Source: a virus. Taken from it: a stretch of 64,000 nt of DNA. Numbering within the stretch: position 1 is the first letter of the stretch; every line of letters starts with the position of its first letter. This document shows, in pieces, positions 29,684 through 39,510 of this stretch. Under the pieces are notes generated by a model. The model ran no database searches and was not told the DNA's origin. It worked only from the letters and a program-made list of their open reading frames with translations. Position numbers and translations under genes: made by a program. Location: positions 3,053 through 67,052 of IMG/VR virus record IMGVR_UViG_3300038465_000068; one strand, written 5' to 3'.

Positions 29684-30103
29684 TTAAGGCGCGCGCAGGC
29701 GCGCTCCCGCAGCATAGATACCAAGAGACGTGGCCCCCGCATAGGTGCCGACCGTCGTGTATTTCACGCGAAGCTGTCCGCCGATGATGCCGTCAACCGC
29801 CGTGTTGGCGGACAGCACGCCATCGCCCGGCGTCGCCTGCGATGTGATTGGGGTGGCGGACGACAGGTTGAACAGCTTTTTCAACGCCGACGTGGTGAAG
29901 TGGAAATTTGCAATGTCGATCCATGTGGCACCCTGATCCACTGTGGTCTGGACCCAAGCGTCGACCGACGTTCCGCTGGAGCCATAAGCAAACACGGCCT
30001 CCAGCAATAGATCGCGGTTGGGGCCCGGCTCAAGATCGAAAACGCTCCCGACGAGCGCCGTCATGGCAGTCGTGATCGGGTTTAGGGAGAGGATCAGCGG
30101 CAT
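29684..30103 (-). CDS. virion structural protein
   Basis: VQTTVDQGATWIDIANF; GGAGG RBS before ATG 30103. Confidence 0.65.
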   Translation of the reverse strand: MPLILSLNPITTAMTALVGSVFDLEPGPNRDLLLEAVFAYGSSGTSVDAWVQTTVDQGATWIDIANFHFTTSALKKLFNLSSATPITSQATPGDGVLSANTAVDGIIGGQLRVKYTTVGTYAGATSLGIYAAGARLRAP

Positions 30104-30120
30104 TGCGCTCGCGCCTCCCC

Positions 30121-31131
30121 TTAGCCGACTTCGACGGCGGTGATGTCCACGTTGGCGAGGCCGACATGCGAGGCGTTGGCAACCGACTTGGCGGCCAAGT
30201 CCAGCCACAGGGCCACGCCGAGAGTGACGGCCGAAGCGGGCACAAGGAACGTCATGCTGAATGGCACGTTGATGTCGGCCGCCGTGACGGTCGCCGGATT
30301 GGTGTATTCCTGCACCGCGCCGACCTGTGTGCCAGCCAGCGCAGCGGCATTGGCCGGAGCCGCGCCCGTGCCATAGCTGCCCTGCAACAGGATGCCATCG
30401 CCCGCCGTGGTGGACGAGCCGATCATGTTGCCGCGAACCGTGACGAGGGCGTTGCCGTACTTTTTCGGGGTGATCGCACCCGCGAGGCCCTGCATGAAAT
30501 AGGTCGAGGTATTGGCGGGGGCGGTCGGGTTGGACGGCTGCGATTCCGTCGCCGAGCCCAAGATGCCGCCGATGATGCCGCCATACCACTTGCCCGCGAC
30601 CGTCGAATAGAACAGGGCCGTCGCGCCATCAGGCAGATAAAAGGCGGTCGTGGTGAGGACATCGTTGATGGTGTCCGAGCCTGCGCCGTACAGGTCTGCG
30701 CCGTGCGCGCCGCCGTTGGTAACGACCACAAAGCCGCCAGCCGCAGAGGCGGGCAGCAACGCGCTGTCCAGTTCGGCGGCCACGGTCGAGAAGCGGTTGA
30801 CCTGCTTGGACAGCGCCAGCGCCGAGGTCTTGCCGCCGCCGGAGTGTGCCGTCAGCGCGTCGGCCGAGGAGAAGGTCACGGCACCGCCGGTCGACTCCAG
30901 CGTCGCCCAGACGGTCGCAGCCAGCGTGCCGGTGTTGATGTAGACCGCGCCGAGGACATGGTCGATGGCGATGGAGCCCGTACCGGCATAGCCGTTGCCG
31001 TCGCCGTTGGCAGGCTTGGTGTCGGTGTTCAGCAGCCAGACGTCATGCGCCGGGTCGATCAGCGCGTTCTTGAAGGCAGCGGCCCCCTGCGTGGTCTGGT
31101 TCGGCTGCGGCGAGTTGGCGGGAATGGTCAT
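30121..31131 (-). CDS. virion structural/head fibre-like protein
   Basis: Ala/Gly/Thr-rich ORF in the late operon. Confidence 0.65.
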   Translation of the reverse strand: MTIPANSPQPNQTTQGAAAFKNALIDPAHDVWLLNTDTKPANGDGNGYAGTGSIAIDHVLGAVYINTGTLAATVWATLESTGGAVTFSSADALTAHSGGGKTSALALSKQVNRFSTVAAELDSALLPASAAGGFVVVTNGGAHGADLYGAGSDTINDVLTTTAFYLPDGATALFYSTVAGKWYGGIIGGILGSATESQPSNPTAPANTSTYFMQGLAGAITPKKYGNALVTVRGNMIGSSTTAGDGILLQGSYGTGAAPANAAALAGTQVGAVQEYTNPATVTAADINVPFSMTFLVPASAVTLGVALWLDLAAKSVANASHVGLANVDITAVEVG

Positions 31132-31145
31132 CGGCTACTGCCCCT

Positions 31146-31454
31146 TTACTTGCGCTTTTTCGCGGCAGGCTTGCCGCCGAGCGCCACGTCCAGCTTGTCG
31201 TGAAGCGCGGCCATGTCTTTCGCATAGCCCTCGCGGAAGCGGTCGAAACTGCCGAGCATCTGGCCGATCAGTTCCTTGGTCGCGGCATCGACGCCAGCCG
31301 GAGCGCCCATGCCTTCGATTTCCATGATGCCATTCGACACCAAGGCGTCCAAGGTCTGCCGGGTGCAATGCCCCAGTTCATCGTCGTTGATGATGTCACC
31401 CGGCTTGCGATCCTTCCCGAGGAAGGGGCCCGCCACTTTCATCTTGCCCGCCAT
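31146..31454 (-). CDS. hypothetical protein after the capsid gene
   Basis: GAAGG RBS; basic C-terminus. Confidence 0.65.
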   Translation of the reverse strand: MAGKMKVAGPFLGKDRKPGDIINDDELGHCTRQTLDALVSNGIMEIEGMGAPAGVDAATKELIGQMLGSFDRFREGYAKDMAALHDKLDVALGGKPAAKKRK

Positions 31455-31508
31455 GCTTCACACCTTCATTGGGCACCTAGCCGGTCCCCGATGGCGACGC
31501 TACCCAGA

Positions 31509-32486
31509 TTAGTGGGTGGCGTCCTTGAACAGATAGCCGAGATCGGAGCCGGAAATCACCATGGCGAAGGCGAACTCGCCGCGCACCACGTCCTGCTTCT
31601 TTTTCTCGTCGTAATACTGGTCGATGCGGACGCCCGCGTCGTTCATGCCGGTCAGCTTCGACCAGCAGAAAATCGTCGCGGCGGTCGGCGACATCAGCGT
31701 CGGCGCACCTTCCTTGTAGGTCAGCAGCGCGTTGGCCGGGATCGCGAAAGCCTGCGTCTTGGTGACGGCACCTTCATTGGTGGACGAATAGGCCGCCTTG
31801 GAGACGTGGTACTCGTCCAGTTCAAAGAACTTGGCGATCAGCGCAGCGGTGATCGACTCCTGCGACGTGTACTTGATGCGGTCCTTGATGATCGGGTGAC
31901 GCTTGAGCGCCTGATGCACCGAATAGGCCACGGACAGCACGTTGCCCTCAAACCCGGTCGTCTTGACCATGTAGTTCTTGGCGTCGTCCATGTTCTTTTC
32001 CGGGTCCGATGCATAATCGTCCCACGAGGTAAAGTCGGAGCCGCCGCCAGCACTGCCGTTCTTGGTGGTCGCCCAGCCGGAGGTCGACAGCATGAAGTTG
32101 GTGGCGAACAGGCGCTCGCGACGGATCAACATGCGCTGCGTCACAAGCTGCGCGGCCGCCTTGTCCAGCGCCACACCCGGATCGGCGTTTGCCGTCACCA
32201 TCTGGGACAGCGGCACGGCGGTCCACCACGGGGTCGCGTTGTAGGACTGCTTGGAGAGCGTAAAGCCGGACTGCGGGGCTTCCTCGTTCTCGGCGCGAAC
32301 CTTCACCGCGTCATCGCGCATCCAGTCGTCCTTGTTGAACACGAAATACAGGTCGGACTTGTGCTCAACCGGGAAGGTCGGGATGGCGTTGCCGCCGATG
32401 AAACTCGCGTTGTCCTGAATGTAGGCCAGCGAGAAATCGGTCAGCGCCGCATCGGCGTGGACGTCGGAACTGGTAGGTTGCGCCAT
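31509..32486 (-). CDS. major capsid protein (lambda gpE-like)
   Basis: DVHADAALTDFSLAY, LKRHPIIKDRIKYT, DLGYLFKDA. Confidence 0.9.
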   Translation of the reverse strand: MAQPTSSDVHADAALTDFSLAYIQDNASFIGGNAIPTFPVEHKSDLYFVFNKDDWMRDDAVKVRAENEEAPQSGFTLSKQSYNATPWWTAVPLSQMVTANADPGVALDKAAAQLVTQRMLIRRERLFATNFMLSTSGWATTKNGSAGGGSDFTSWDDYASDPEKNMDDAKNYMVKTTGFEGNVLSVAYSVHQALKRHPIIKDRIKYTSQESITAALIAKFFELDEYHVSKAAYSSTNEGAVTKTQAFAIPANALLTYKEGAPTLMSPTAATIFCWSKLTGMNDAGVRIDQYYDEKKKQDVVRGEFAFAMVISGSDLGYLFKDATH

Positions 32487-32545
32487 GGCGATACTTCCCT
32501 TTCAAAAAGGGGCCCCCAGCCCCAGTAAAAAACTGTGCAGACCGA

Positions 32546-32989
32546 TTAAGCCTGCAAATAGAACGGCGACAACAGCAGCACCGTCAGCAGTTCGCCGACC
32601 GCGCCACCCTGCAAACATTCCGCAGCAACCCAGTGCGTCGCGTCACCGCCGCCTGACGTCACAACGCGAACCGCGCCTCGACCATTGGCGTCCGGGCCGA
32701 GCATCTGCCCGAAGGTCGTGGTCGCGGCCGCAACCAGCTTGGACACGCCAAGCTGACGGACTTCGACGCCGACGTTGGTGTAGCCGGTGGCCCACTTCGG
32801 ATTCGTCTGGATGACGCCGATGGGATTGTCGGTCAGGGCCGCGCACGGCTCGATTACCAATTCCGCCGTGTATTTGGCGAAAAGGAACTGGCCCGTCGAG
32901 TTATAGCCCTCGGTCGTTCCGGTCGTGCCCGACAGATCGACGTCGGTGGTAAGACCCGGAATGTCGAATAGCTGTTTTTCCCATGCCAT
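32546..32989 (-). CDS. capsid cement/decoration protein (DUF2190-like)
   Basis: IGVIQTNP, LGVSKLVA, DANGRG; immediately upstream of the capsid gene. Confidence 0.75.
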   Translation of the reverse strand: MAWEKQLFDIPGLTTDVDLSGTTGTTEGYNSTGQFLFAKYTAELVIEPCAALTDNPIGVIQTNPKWATGYTNVGVEVRQLGVSKLVAAATTTFGQMLGPDANGRGAVRVVTSGGGDATHWVAAECLQGGAVGELLTVLLLSPFYLQA

Positions 32990-33046
32990 GACGGCAACCC
33001 CCACTAAAAACGCCGGTTCGATACCCGGCAAAAAGCCCTGCCGCTG

Positions 33047-34543
33047 TTAGGCGGCCCTACGCGCCTCGCGCGCTTCGATTTCTTCCTGCTTCGCCAGTTC
33101 CGGGTTCTGGTCGCGTGCCATCACGCGAGCCTTTGCCAGAGTCAGCTTGGCGTCCTTCTGCATCAGAACATTGGCGGCGGCGTTGATGCCTTCGATGGCC
33201 TTGGAGAAGCCGCCGTTGCCGCCGTTGCCGCCGATTTCCTTCAACAGGACGTCGGACTTTCCGATCAGCGTGTTGGCGCTGACCAGCACCTTTTCGATAG
33301 CGTCGGCATCGGCCTTTGTGGCCTTACCGATGCTCACGCGATAGAGGATGGCGGCAGTCTCGTCGGCCTTGCCGATCAGCAGCTTGAGCGGCGAGACGCG
33401 CTTCTCGATCACGCCGATGGCGGTCTCGCGCTCGGCCTTCTGGATGGCGGCCTGCTGGGACTTCACGACGGAAAACATGCTGTCGCCGACCGACTTGCGC
33501 AGAACCTTGACGCCGTCGACCTTGATGCAATTCTTCTGCGCACCGTCGCTGTCGTCCTCGTCCTCGTCCTCGTCTTTCTCCTTGGCGGCCTTCTCGATGG
33601 GGTTCTTTTCCATGTGCTTGTCGCGCTGGTCGGCGGACATATCGGCAAAGGCTTCCTTGCCGCCTTCCGGCATCTTGGCCTTCTCGTTGGCCATGAACGC
33701 GGAGTGCTTGCCGGACATTTTCAGGATTGCATCGGCCCGCTTGGCCAGAACGGCCTGCGCGTCAAGAGCCTTCTGGACCTCGGCCTCGGTGGCCGTCTCG
33801 GCCAGACCCAGCGACTTTGCGATGACTTTCTGCATGTCAGCATCCCCATGTTCGGCACCGTGCGGCGCGAGCCCTACGATGTGATCTTTGTACTCGCTGA
33901 AAGTTTTGCGCAAGAGTGACGGCTTGTCCTCCCCGGACGTACTGTCCGCGATGCTCCATGCGGAGGAGATCAGCGCCGCCTTTGCGACACGCAGACCGTG
34001 CTGCTTTTGCTTGCGGATTTTGGGGTCCGCCAGCTTGGCAATCTCGTCCTCAATTTCCTCGGCTTTTGTGACGTTTTCCAGCAAGTCCGGCAGGGCGCGC
34101 GGGGCCACCCGCATGATCTCCATAACTAGGTCGCCGCCGATGCTTTTTCCAGCCTTCCATTCGGCAGGCAACAGGCTCGTCGCATCGAGCGAACGGGCCC
34201 GCGCGGTGATGTGAGATTTGGCCTTGGCCGGGTCTTTTGCGCGGCCATGTGCGCGAATCGCGTTCTCAAGATCGGTGCGGTCCTTGATCGGAAAGCTGCC
34301 GTCCGGCATCGCTGCACCTGACGCCGCGTCCTCTTTGCGCTGGTCAGCCGTGAACGTCCGCTTGAGATACGCCTCGACAGCGGCGGGCAGGTCAGTCGCC
34401 CCGGCCGCCTTGGCCAGATACAGGTCAAGGTCGCCCGTGCCAGCGTCGCGCTTGGCGATCAAGGCGAGCGCGCCCTTCTGGGCTGGCTTGTCCACACCGG
34501 AAATCTCGTTCATCTTGAAGCTGCGCATGATTTTCTTGGCCAT
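33047..34543 (-). CDS. capsid scaffolding protein carrying the protease C-terminal strand and an internal domain
   Basis: Starts NEISGVDKPAQKGA; AMPDGSFPI..DLENAI domain; many hxK-A/S motifs. Confidence 0.75.
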   Translation of the reverse strand: MAKKIMRSFKMNEISGVDKPAQKGALALIAKRDAGTGDLDLYLAKAAGATDLPAAVEAYLKRTFTADQRKEDAASGAAMPDGSFPIKDRTDLENAIRAHGRAKDPAKAKSHITARARSLDATSLLPAEWKAGKSIGGDLVMEIMRVAPRALPDLLENVTKAEEIEDEIAKLADPKIRKQKQHGLRVAKAALISSAWSIADSTSGEDKPSLLRKTFSEYKDHIVGLAPHGAEHGDADMQKVIAKSLGLAETATEAEVQKALDAQAVLAKRADAILKMSGKHSAFMANEKAKMPEGGKEAFADMSADQRDKHMEKNPIEKAAKEKDEDEDEDDSDGAQKNCIKVDGVKVLRKSVGDSMFSVVKSQQAAIQKAERETAIGVIEKRVSPLKLLIGKADETAAILYRVSIGKATKADADAIEKVLVSANTLIGKSDVLLKEIGGNGGNGGFSKAIEGINAAANVLMQKDAKLTLAKARVMARDQNPELAKQEEIEAREARRAA

Positions 34544-34545
34544 GG

Positions 34546-35226
34546 TTATGCGACCTCCTCGTCCTCACCGCGTTCCCCGCCGATGGAGAATCCGGTGTAT
34601 TCGCCAGAAACGAACTTTGCCAGCATGTCGGGCGGCGGGGCATAGCCCAGCAGAAGCCCGGTTTTCTCGGTCTTGATCCCGAGCGCCTTGGCGATCTCGG
34701 TGGTCAGCGGGAACATGAAAACATGCTGCCCGACGTCGGAACCGGAGTGCATGTCCTTGCCCGGTCGTGCGCCCTTGGCGAAGTCGGCCGCAGCCGAAAG
34801 CATTGATTCCTCGGGGATATGGTCGCCCTGCACGTCGAAATAGTCCTTGCCGTCCTCTTTGCAGACGATGCCGTAGCCGAACACGATGCCGTGGCTGATG
34901 CCCTCGACCTTGGCGAACTTGCGCGTTTCTGTCGTCACGACATCACCCCCGACCTTGGTTTTGGTCTTTTGCTGCCCGGCAGGAGCGCCGGGCTTTTTGC
35001 CTTCACCGTCCACGCCAAGCGTGGCATCGGCGACAATCTCGCTAAAATCCTGATGTGGCGTGGCATTTCCACCGCCGGTCGTGTGGACGTCCGCGCCGCC
35101 GAAGCGGTCGCCATCGTCGTTCTCGTCGCCGAACCCGACGGCCAGTTCGCCGATCTGACGTTGCGCGCCTGCGCCATTGGCCATTCTGGCCTTGGCGGCA
35201 GCGACGGCATCGGAATATGCGGTCAT
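34546..35226 (-). CDS. XkdF-like prohead serine protease
   Basis: IVFGYG, DVQGD, KDMH, GEYTGFSIGG. Confidence 0.8.
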   Translation of the reverse strand: MTAYSDAVAAAKARMANGAGAQRQIGELAVGFGDENDDGDRFGGADVHTTGGGNATPHQDFSEIVADATLGVDGEGKKPGAPAGQQKTKTKVGGDVVTTETRKFAKVEGISHGIVFGYGIVCKEDGKDYFDVQGDHIPEESMLSAAADFAKGARPGKDMHSGSDVGQHVFMFPLTTEIAKALGIKTEKTGLLLGYAPPPDMLAKFVSGEYTGFSIGGERGEDEEVA

Positions 35227-35273
35227 GGCGACTCCCCAGCTTTTGCCGTTGTACGGCCAAACGGGGGCGCGAC

Positions 35274-35480
35274 TCAAGGTTTGAACAGGTCTCCGGTATC
35301 CGGGCAGCGCGGCGGCAGCTTCTCGGCCGGGCCGTACAATTCCTCAAGGCAGTCGGCGCAGGGCTCGCAATCCTCGACGAGGCTATGGCAGGACGGCTCG
35401 CCCATGTCACCGCAGCGGCCGGTGCAGGCGGCTTTCAGCGCCTCGGTCCAGCCCCGCTTTTGGTTTGGACCGTGCACCAT
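35274..35480 (-). CDS. small Cys-rich protein
   Basis: CTGRC, CEPCADC; TGATG coupling. Confidence 0.5.
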   Translation of the reverse strand: MVHGPNQKRGWTEALKAACTGRCGDMGEPSCHSLVEDCEPCADCLEELYGPAEKLPPRCPDTGDLFKP

Positions 35481-36055
35481 CAATTCATTTCCTTCGGCAG
35501 GGCGGCTGGCGGGATAGCGATAGTCTGGTCGCCAAGGATGATCTTGGTGCCGCTGTCCCAGCCCGCCTTGAGCATGTTGGTGCCCCACCGCTCGGCCCAC
35601 CATTTGATGTAATCGGTATCAGGGTTGAGTTTGCCGTCGACGATGTCCTCGGCTGTTTTCAGCACGCGGTCGCGCGCCATGCCGTCACTGGCGGCGATGA
35701 ACTGGGCACCGAAATTTTTTGGCGTCAGATATTGCATGTTGCCGCTGATGATCTGCGGCTGGCGCGGCTTGTCGGGGGCGAGCGCCATCAGCCAAAGTTC
35801 ATGCGTCGCGGACTCCAGATAGAATTTTGTCTCCAGCGGCTTGCCGTCTCTGATGATCGGCCGCAGGTGCGTGCAGAATAGCCAATAGCTGTGCCAGATC
35901 GGATGGGCGTAAGGCGCTTCGACCAAGATGCTGGTGACGGTGCCGTCCTGATCGCGCTGGCCCCCGATATGGGCAATCGCCCTCTCGACGTCGACCTCCC
36001 AGAATTTCCCATGCGGGCCGGTGCCCGTCGGGTGAATGTCTATCTTGTCGATCAT
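35480..36055 (-). CDS. conserved phage hypothetical protein
   Basis: APYAHPIWHSY, ATHEL; typical codon use. Confidence 0.7.
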   Translation of the reverse strand: MIDKIDIHPTGTGPHGKFWEVDVERAIAHIGGQRDQDGTVTSILVEAPYAHPIWHSYWLFCTHLRPIIRDGKPLETKFYLESATHELWLMALAPDKPRQPQIISGNMQYLTPKNFGAQFIAASDGMARDRVLKTAEDIVDGKLNPDTDYIKWWAERWGTNMLKAGWDSGTKIILGDQTIAIPPAALPKEMN

Positions 36056-39000
36056 TTTGGGCCACTCCTTACAGGGATTTTAAGCCGCGCTCGCGCGCCA
36101 GCTTCACGGCCCGTTCCAGCGCAGCGCCGGTCAGTGGCTTCATGTTTAATTTTCGCGTGTCGATCTTGTGGATCGCGCGGCGCTTCTGCTTTGCGGGCTT
36201 GTGGGTTTTTCTGGGCATAACGCTCCTTATCGTGAAAGTGAAATGCGGCGCTTGTTGCCATTATCGCGTTCCCACGCATCCGTTCGCAACTCCTGCACCG
36301 CGTCGGTCATGGCCTTGAAATCTCCGATGGTCGTCACCCAGCCGCGCTCTGCCAGCAACTTGTCAGCGAAGGCGCGCATGTTTGCCGGGCGACTATCGGG
36401 ATCGGCAATCATCCGCTTGACATTCTGTAATTGTTCCTCGCGTCGTGTCAGCATTGCGGCTCCTTTACAGGCTCATTGTTTCTGGAAAGTTTTTGTATTC
36501 GACGCCATCTGTTGGTCGCGCTCCACTTCTTAGTCATAGCGTCCCCTAGAAGTCGAGTTGGCGACAGCGACGGGCGCTGGCGCGAAAGAAACCGGCATTG
36601 GTGTATGGCCCATCGCTTTCGGTGATCGACGCCAAATCCTCAAAACGATCAGCGGCCATACGAAGGCACTTGGCCTGTTTGTCCAGAGTGTCGGCGGCGT
36701 TGATAAGCAGCACTCGCAAATCCGGGTCGCCGTCGCGCCCATTGAAATGTTCGGCCCGCTCTCTCAGTAAATCGGCGTAGGTCTTATCCATTTCTGCGGC
36801 TCCTCAGGTTTCGTAAATTGCAATGATGTCATTAAGCAGCTTCATCCGGTACTCGACTGTCTCCATCTCAGCTTCAAGGGCCGCCTTCGCTTGTCGCACC
36901 ACCGTAATGAAGTCTGGTGCGGGCGCGCGGCGCGGCTTCTCGCGCGCATAGCATGGCGCGTTAGGGTCAAGAGCTATGCGCGGATACCGTTTCACCTACC
37001 GCTCCATTTAATCCAGTTGCTTTGTGGCGAAGCGGTACAACTCGGCGGCAACCGCTTCTCCGGTTGAAGGAATGTGAGCGGCGGCCTGTGGCCCTACGGT
37101 CGTGCCGTTCCTAATGGTGCTGGGGGCCTCGCGAGCCGTACCAGACCGCTCTGGGGTATTCTGTAAGAACCTGCCCGCATCGCGGTGGCAGGACATGCAC
37201 TGATAGGTTTCGTCATAGCCGTCACCCACCAGTGCCAGCGTGTGCTTGCCGCAGAACGGACAGTCGCGGGTATTTTCAGTATGGCGATAATTGTCCATTC
37301 AGGCGCTCGCTTTCAGTTAGTCGCTGCAATGGCAGCATCTAGTTTTTCAATGGCGGCTATCGCGCCGTCGCGGGCGGCTACCATGTCCTCGCGGTATGCG
37401 GCGGCTGGCGCAGCCGTGACCTCGCCCCAGCTTTCGGCGGCATAGGCTTTGGCTTCGTCCTTCGGCCAGAACCCGGCCTCCGCGATGTACGCGGTGTAGC
37501 CTTGGTTGTTTGGCCGATAGAACATGCCGCGCTTCCGCTTTACCCACGGGCCGGGCATGGCATCCCACTTGGCTTGCAGTTCGGCGTCTGTCCTTGGTGC
37601 CATCAGATGCTCCCCTCTTAGTCAGTTTCAGGTTGTAGAACATTCACCACTTCGGCAAGGCAATGAGACCAACAACAATCCAGATAATAAGCAGGATGCA
37701 GCCGACCTTGAAGCGGTGTATCGCCCATGCCGCTTCGCTGATATGTTCTGACCGCTTCTTCGTCATGACTTGAAATCTCCCTTTGTGCGGACCCAGCCCC
37801 ACTTGCCATCGCGGTTGACCCAGCAGGCTTGCCCCTTACGCTCTAAGACCTTGAGGATGCGGCTGGCCGCCGCGCCAGCGCCCTGCGCCTTCATCTGGTG
37901 ATCGGGCCAGATAAACCCGGCGATGTGCGAAGCCGGGTTCGGTGTCACGCGGGACAGCACAGCGAAGGCGCGACTTTCCGCCGTCGCCATGTCCAATCGG
38001 TGTCCGCGTTCCAGCTTCAAAACAGGCTCCTAAATATCTTCGCCGTGAACTGGGCAGTTTGCGGGACCGGGGCATTGGCCGGGCCAATCAGGATAACCGC
38101 ATAGGCAGGTATTGCGCCGACGCGCCTGCTTCGCTTCCCACGCCTCGCGGCGCTCATCGTCATCAGGCTCACGCCGTCCGTATTCATCGCGGTCACTCAT
38201 GCTCAGTCTCCTAAACGCCGCCGGGTTCTTCCAAGATTGCCGCTTCGTGTGCAGCCTTCTTAGAACCTTCGCCCCAGCGGCAAAGATAGTATGTTTCTCT
38301 GACGCTGAACCTATCGAGCAGGGACAAAAAATAGGTGTGCGCCCCTCCGTCGCTGGGAAACTCGCGTTCTTCCTCATGGTGAGCAACGCCGATGTATTGC
38401 CCGTTGGGCCTGTCGTAGGCGATGTCGAAATAGAATTGCATCAGGCGCTCGCTTATTTTTCTGGTTTCTGTTGGCAGGCTTCCGCGTAGCGCATCTTCCA
38501 TTCCGCTTTTGGGAATGACCGCGCGTAGAGGAACGGGACAATCTCGCCCAAGCTGAACCCGCCGCGACAACCGCGCCCGGCTAGATCGACCATTGCCGGT
38601 TGCGCGCTCCAAACGTGGGCATAGACCTCATAGGCGCGGCGCGTCACGGCGTCGGGCATGGGCGACAGTTTATCCGCGCCATGGGTCTGTACCGGGTGAA
38701 ACTCACCGCGCGGGATCAGGTCTTTGGGATCAGCGTCCATAGGGCTCCCCTATTGTTTAAGAACTTTGCGGATTGTTCCAGCACATTCGCCAGTGCAAAT
38801 TGTTCTCCGTCCATTCCAACACGTCGCGCATCCTCGCCACTTCGATACGCGCGTCGTCTCGTTCCTTCATCGCCTTGCGGCACTCAAACATCCAATCAAT
38901 CACCGGCTCATCTCCAGCGCCGTAGACACTTCATACAGCGGGACCGGCTCATAGGACATCAGAGCGTTGTCTCCAGAAGCGCGCCATTCATCCGCCTTGG

Positions 39001-39300
39001 GCTTTAGTCCTAAAGGTCAGTCCATTTATCGGCACGCCACGCGGCTGCTCTACCCAATAGCAAACAAGAGCAGCCGCACCCGCACGCTCGTCCTGCTGCC
39101 GGGACATTTCTGAAACGTCATCGCGTAATGTCATTGGTTTGTCTCTCCTAGCATCCACGCAAGTTCGCGTTTCCAAATGTTGCTGTGCTTTGCCTTATGC
39201 CTGACCCATTCGAGGTAGGTAACTCGGCCAAGTAAAAGCCTGATGGTGAACCACATTGAAATTCGCTCCAAAATTGGGGGCGGGGCTTTGACACCCCGCC
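36052..39300 (-). other. run of short lower-GC hypothetical ORFs (e.g. 36227-36454, 36546-36791, 36804-36995, 37008-37298, 37313-37603, 37763-38020, 38030-38200, 38453-38740)
   Basis: Tightly packed co-oriented small ORFs, several with RBS; individual boundaries uncertain. Confidence 0.55.
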
Positions 39301-39306
39301 ACCCGG

Positions 39307-39456
39307 TTACTTCTGCTGTCCGATTGTCTCGGACGACTTCACGGCGCACATGGCGTTCGCCACGTTGCACGCCGCCTGAGAGAACTTCATCGAATCGTCG
39401 GCCTTATCGGCTTTCGCTGCTTTGTCGTTCAGGGTTTTGACGTTCTCAGCACTCAT
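39307..39456 (-). CDS. 49-aa protein flanked by hairpins (not in ORF track)
   Basis: MSAENVKTLNDKAAKADKADDSMKFSQAACNVANAMCAVKSSETIGQQK; GGAG RBS. Confidence 0.65.
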   Translation of the reverse strand: MSAENVKTLNDKAAKADKADDSMKFSQAACNVANAMCAVKSSETIGQQK

Positions 39457-39510
39457 CGGGTTCTATCTCCGATTAAAAAGCCGGGAACCGCCCGGCGCGG
39501 TAAAACGCTC

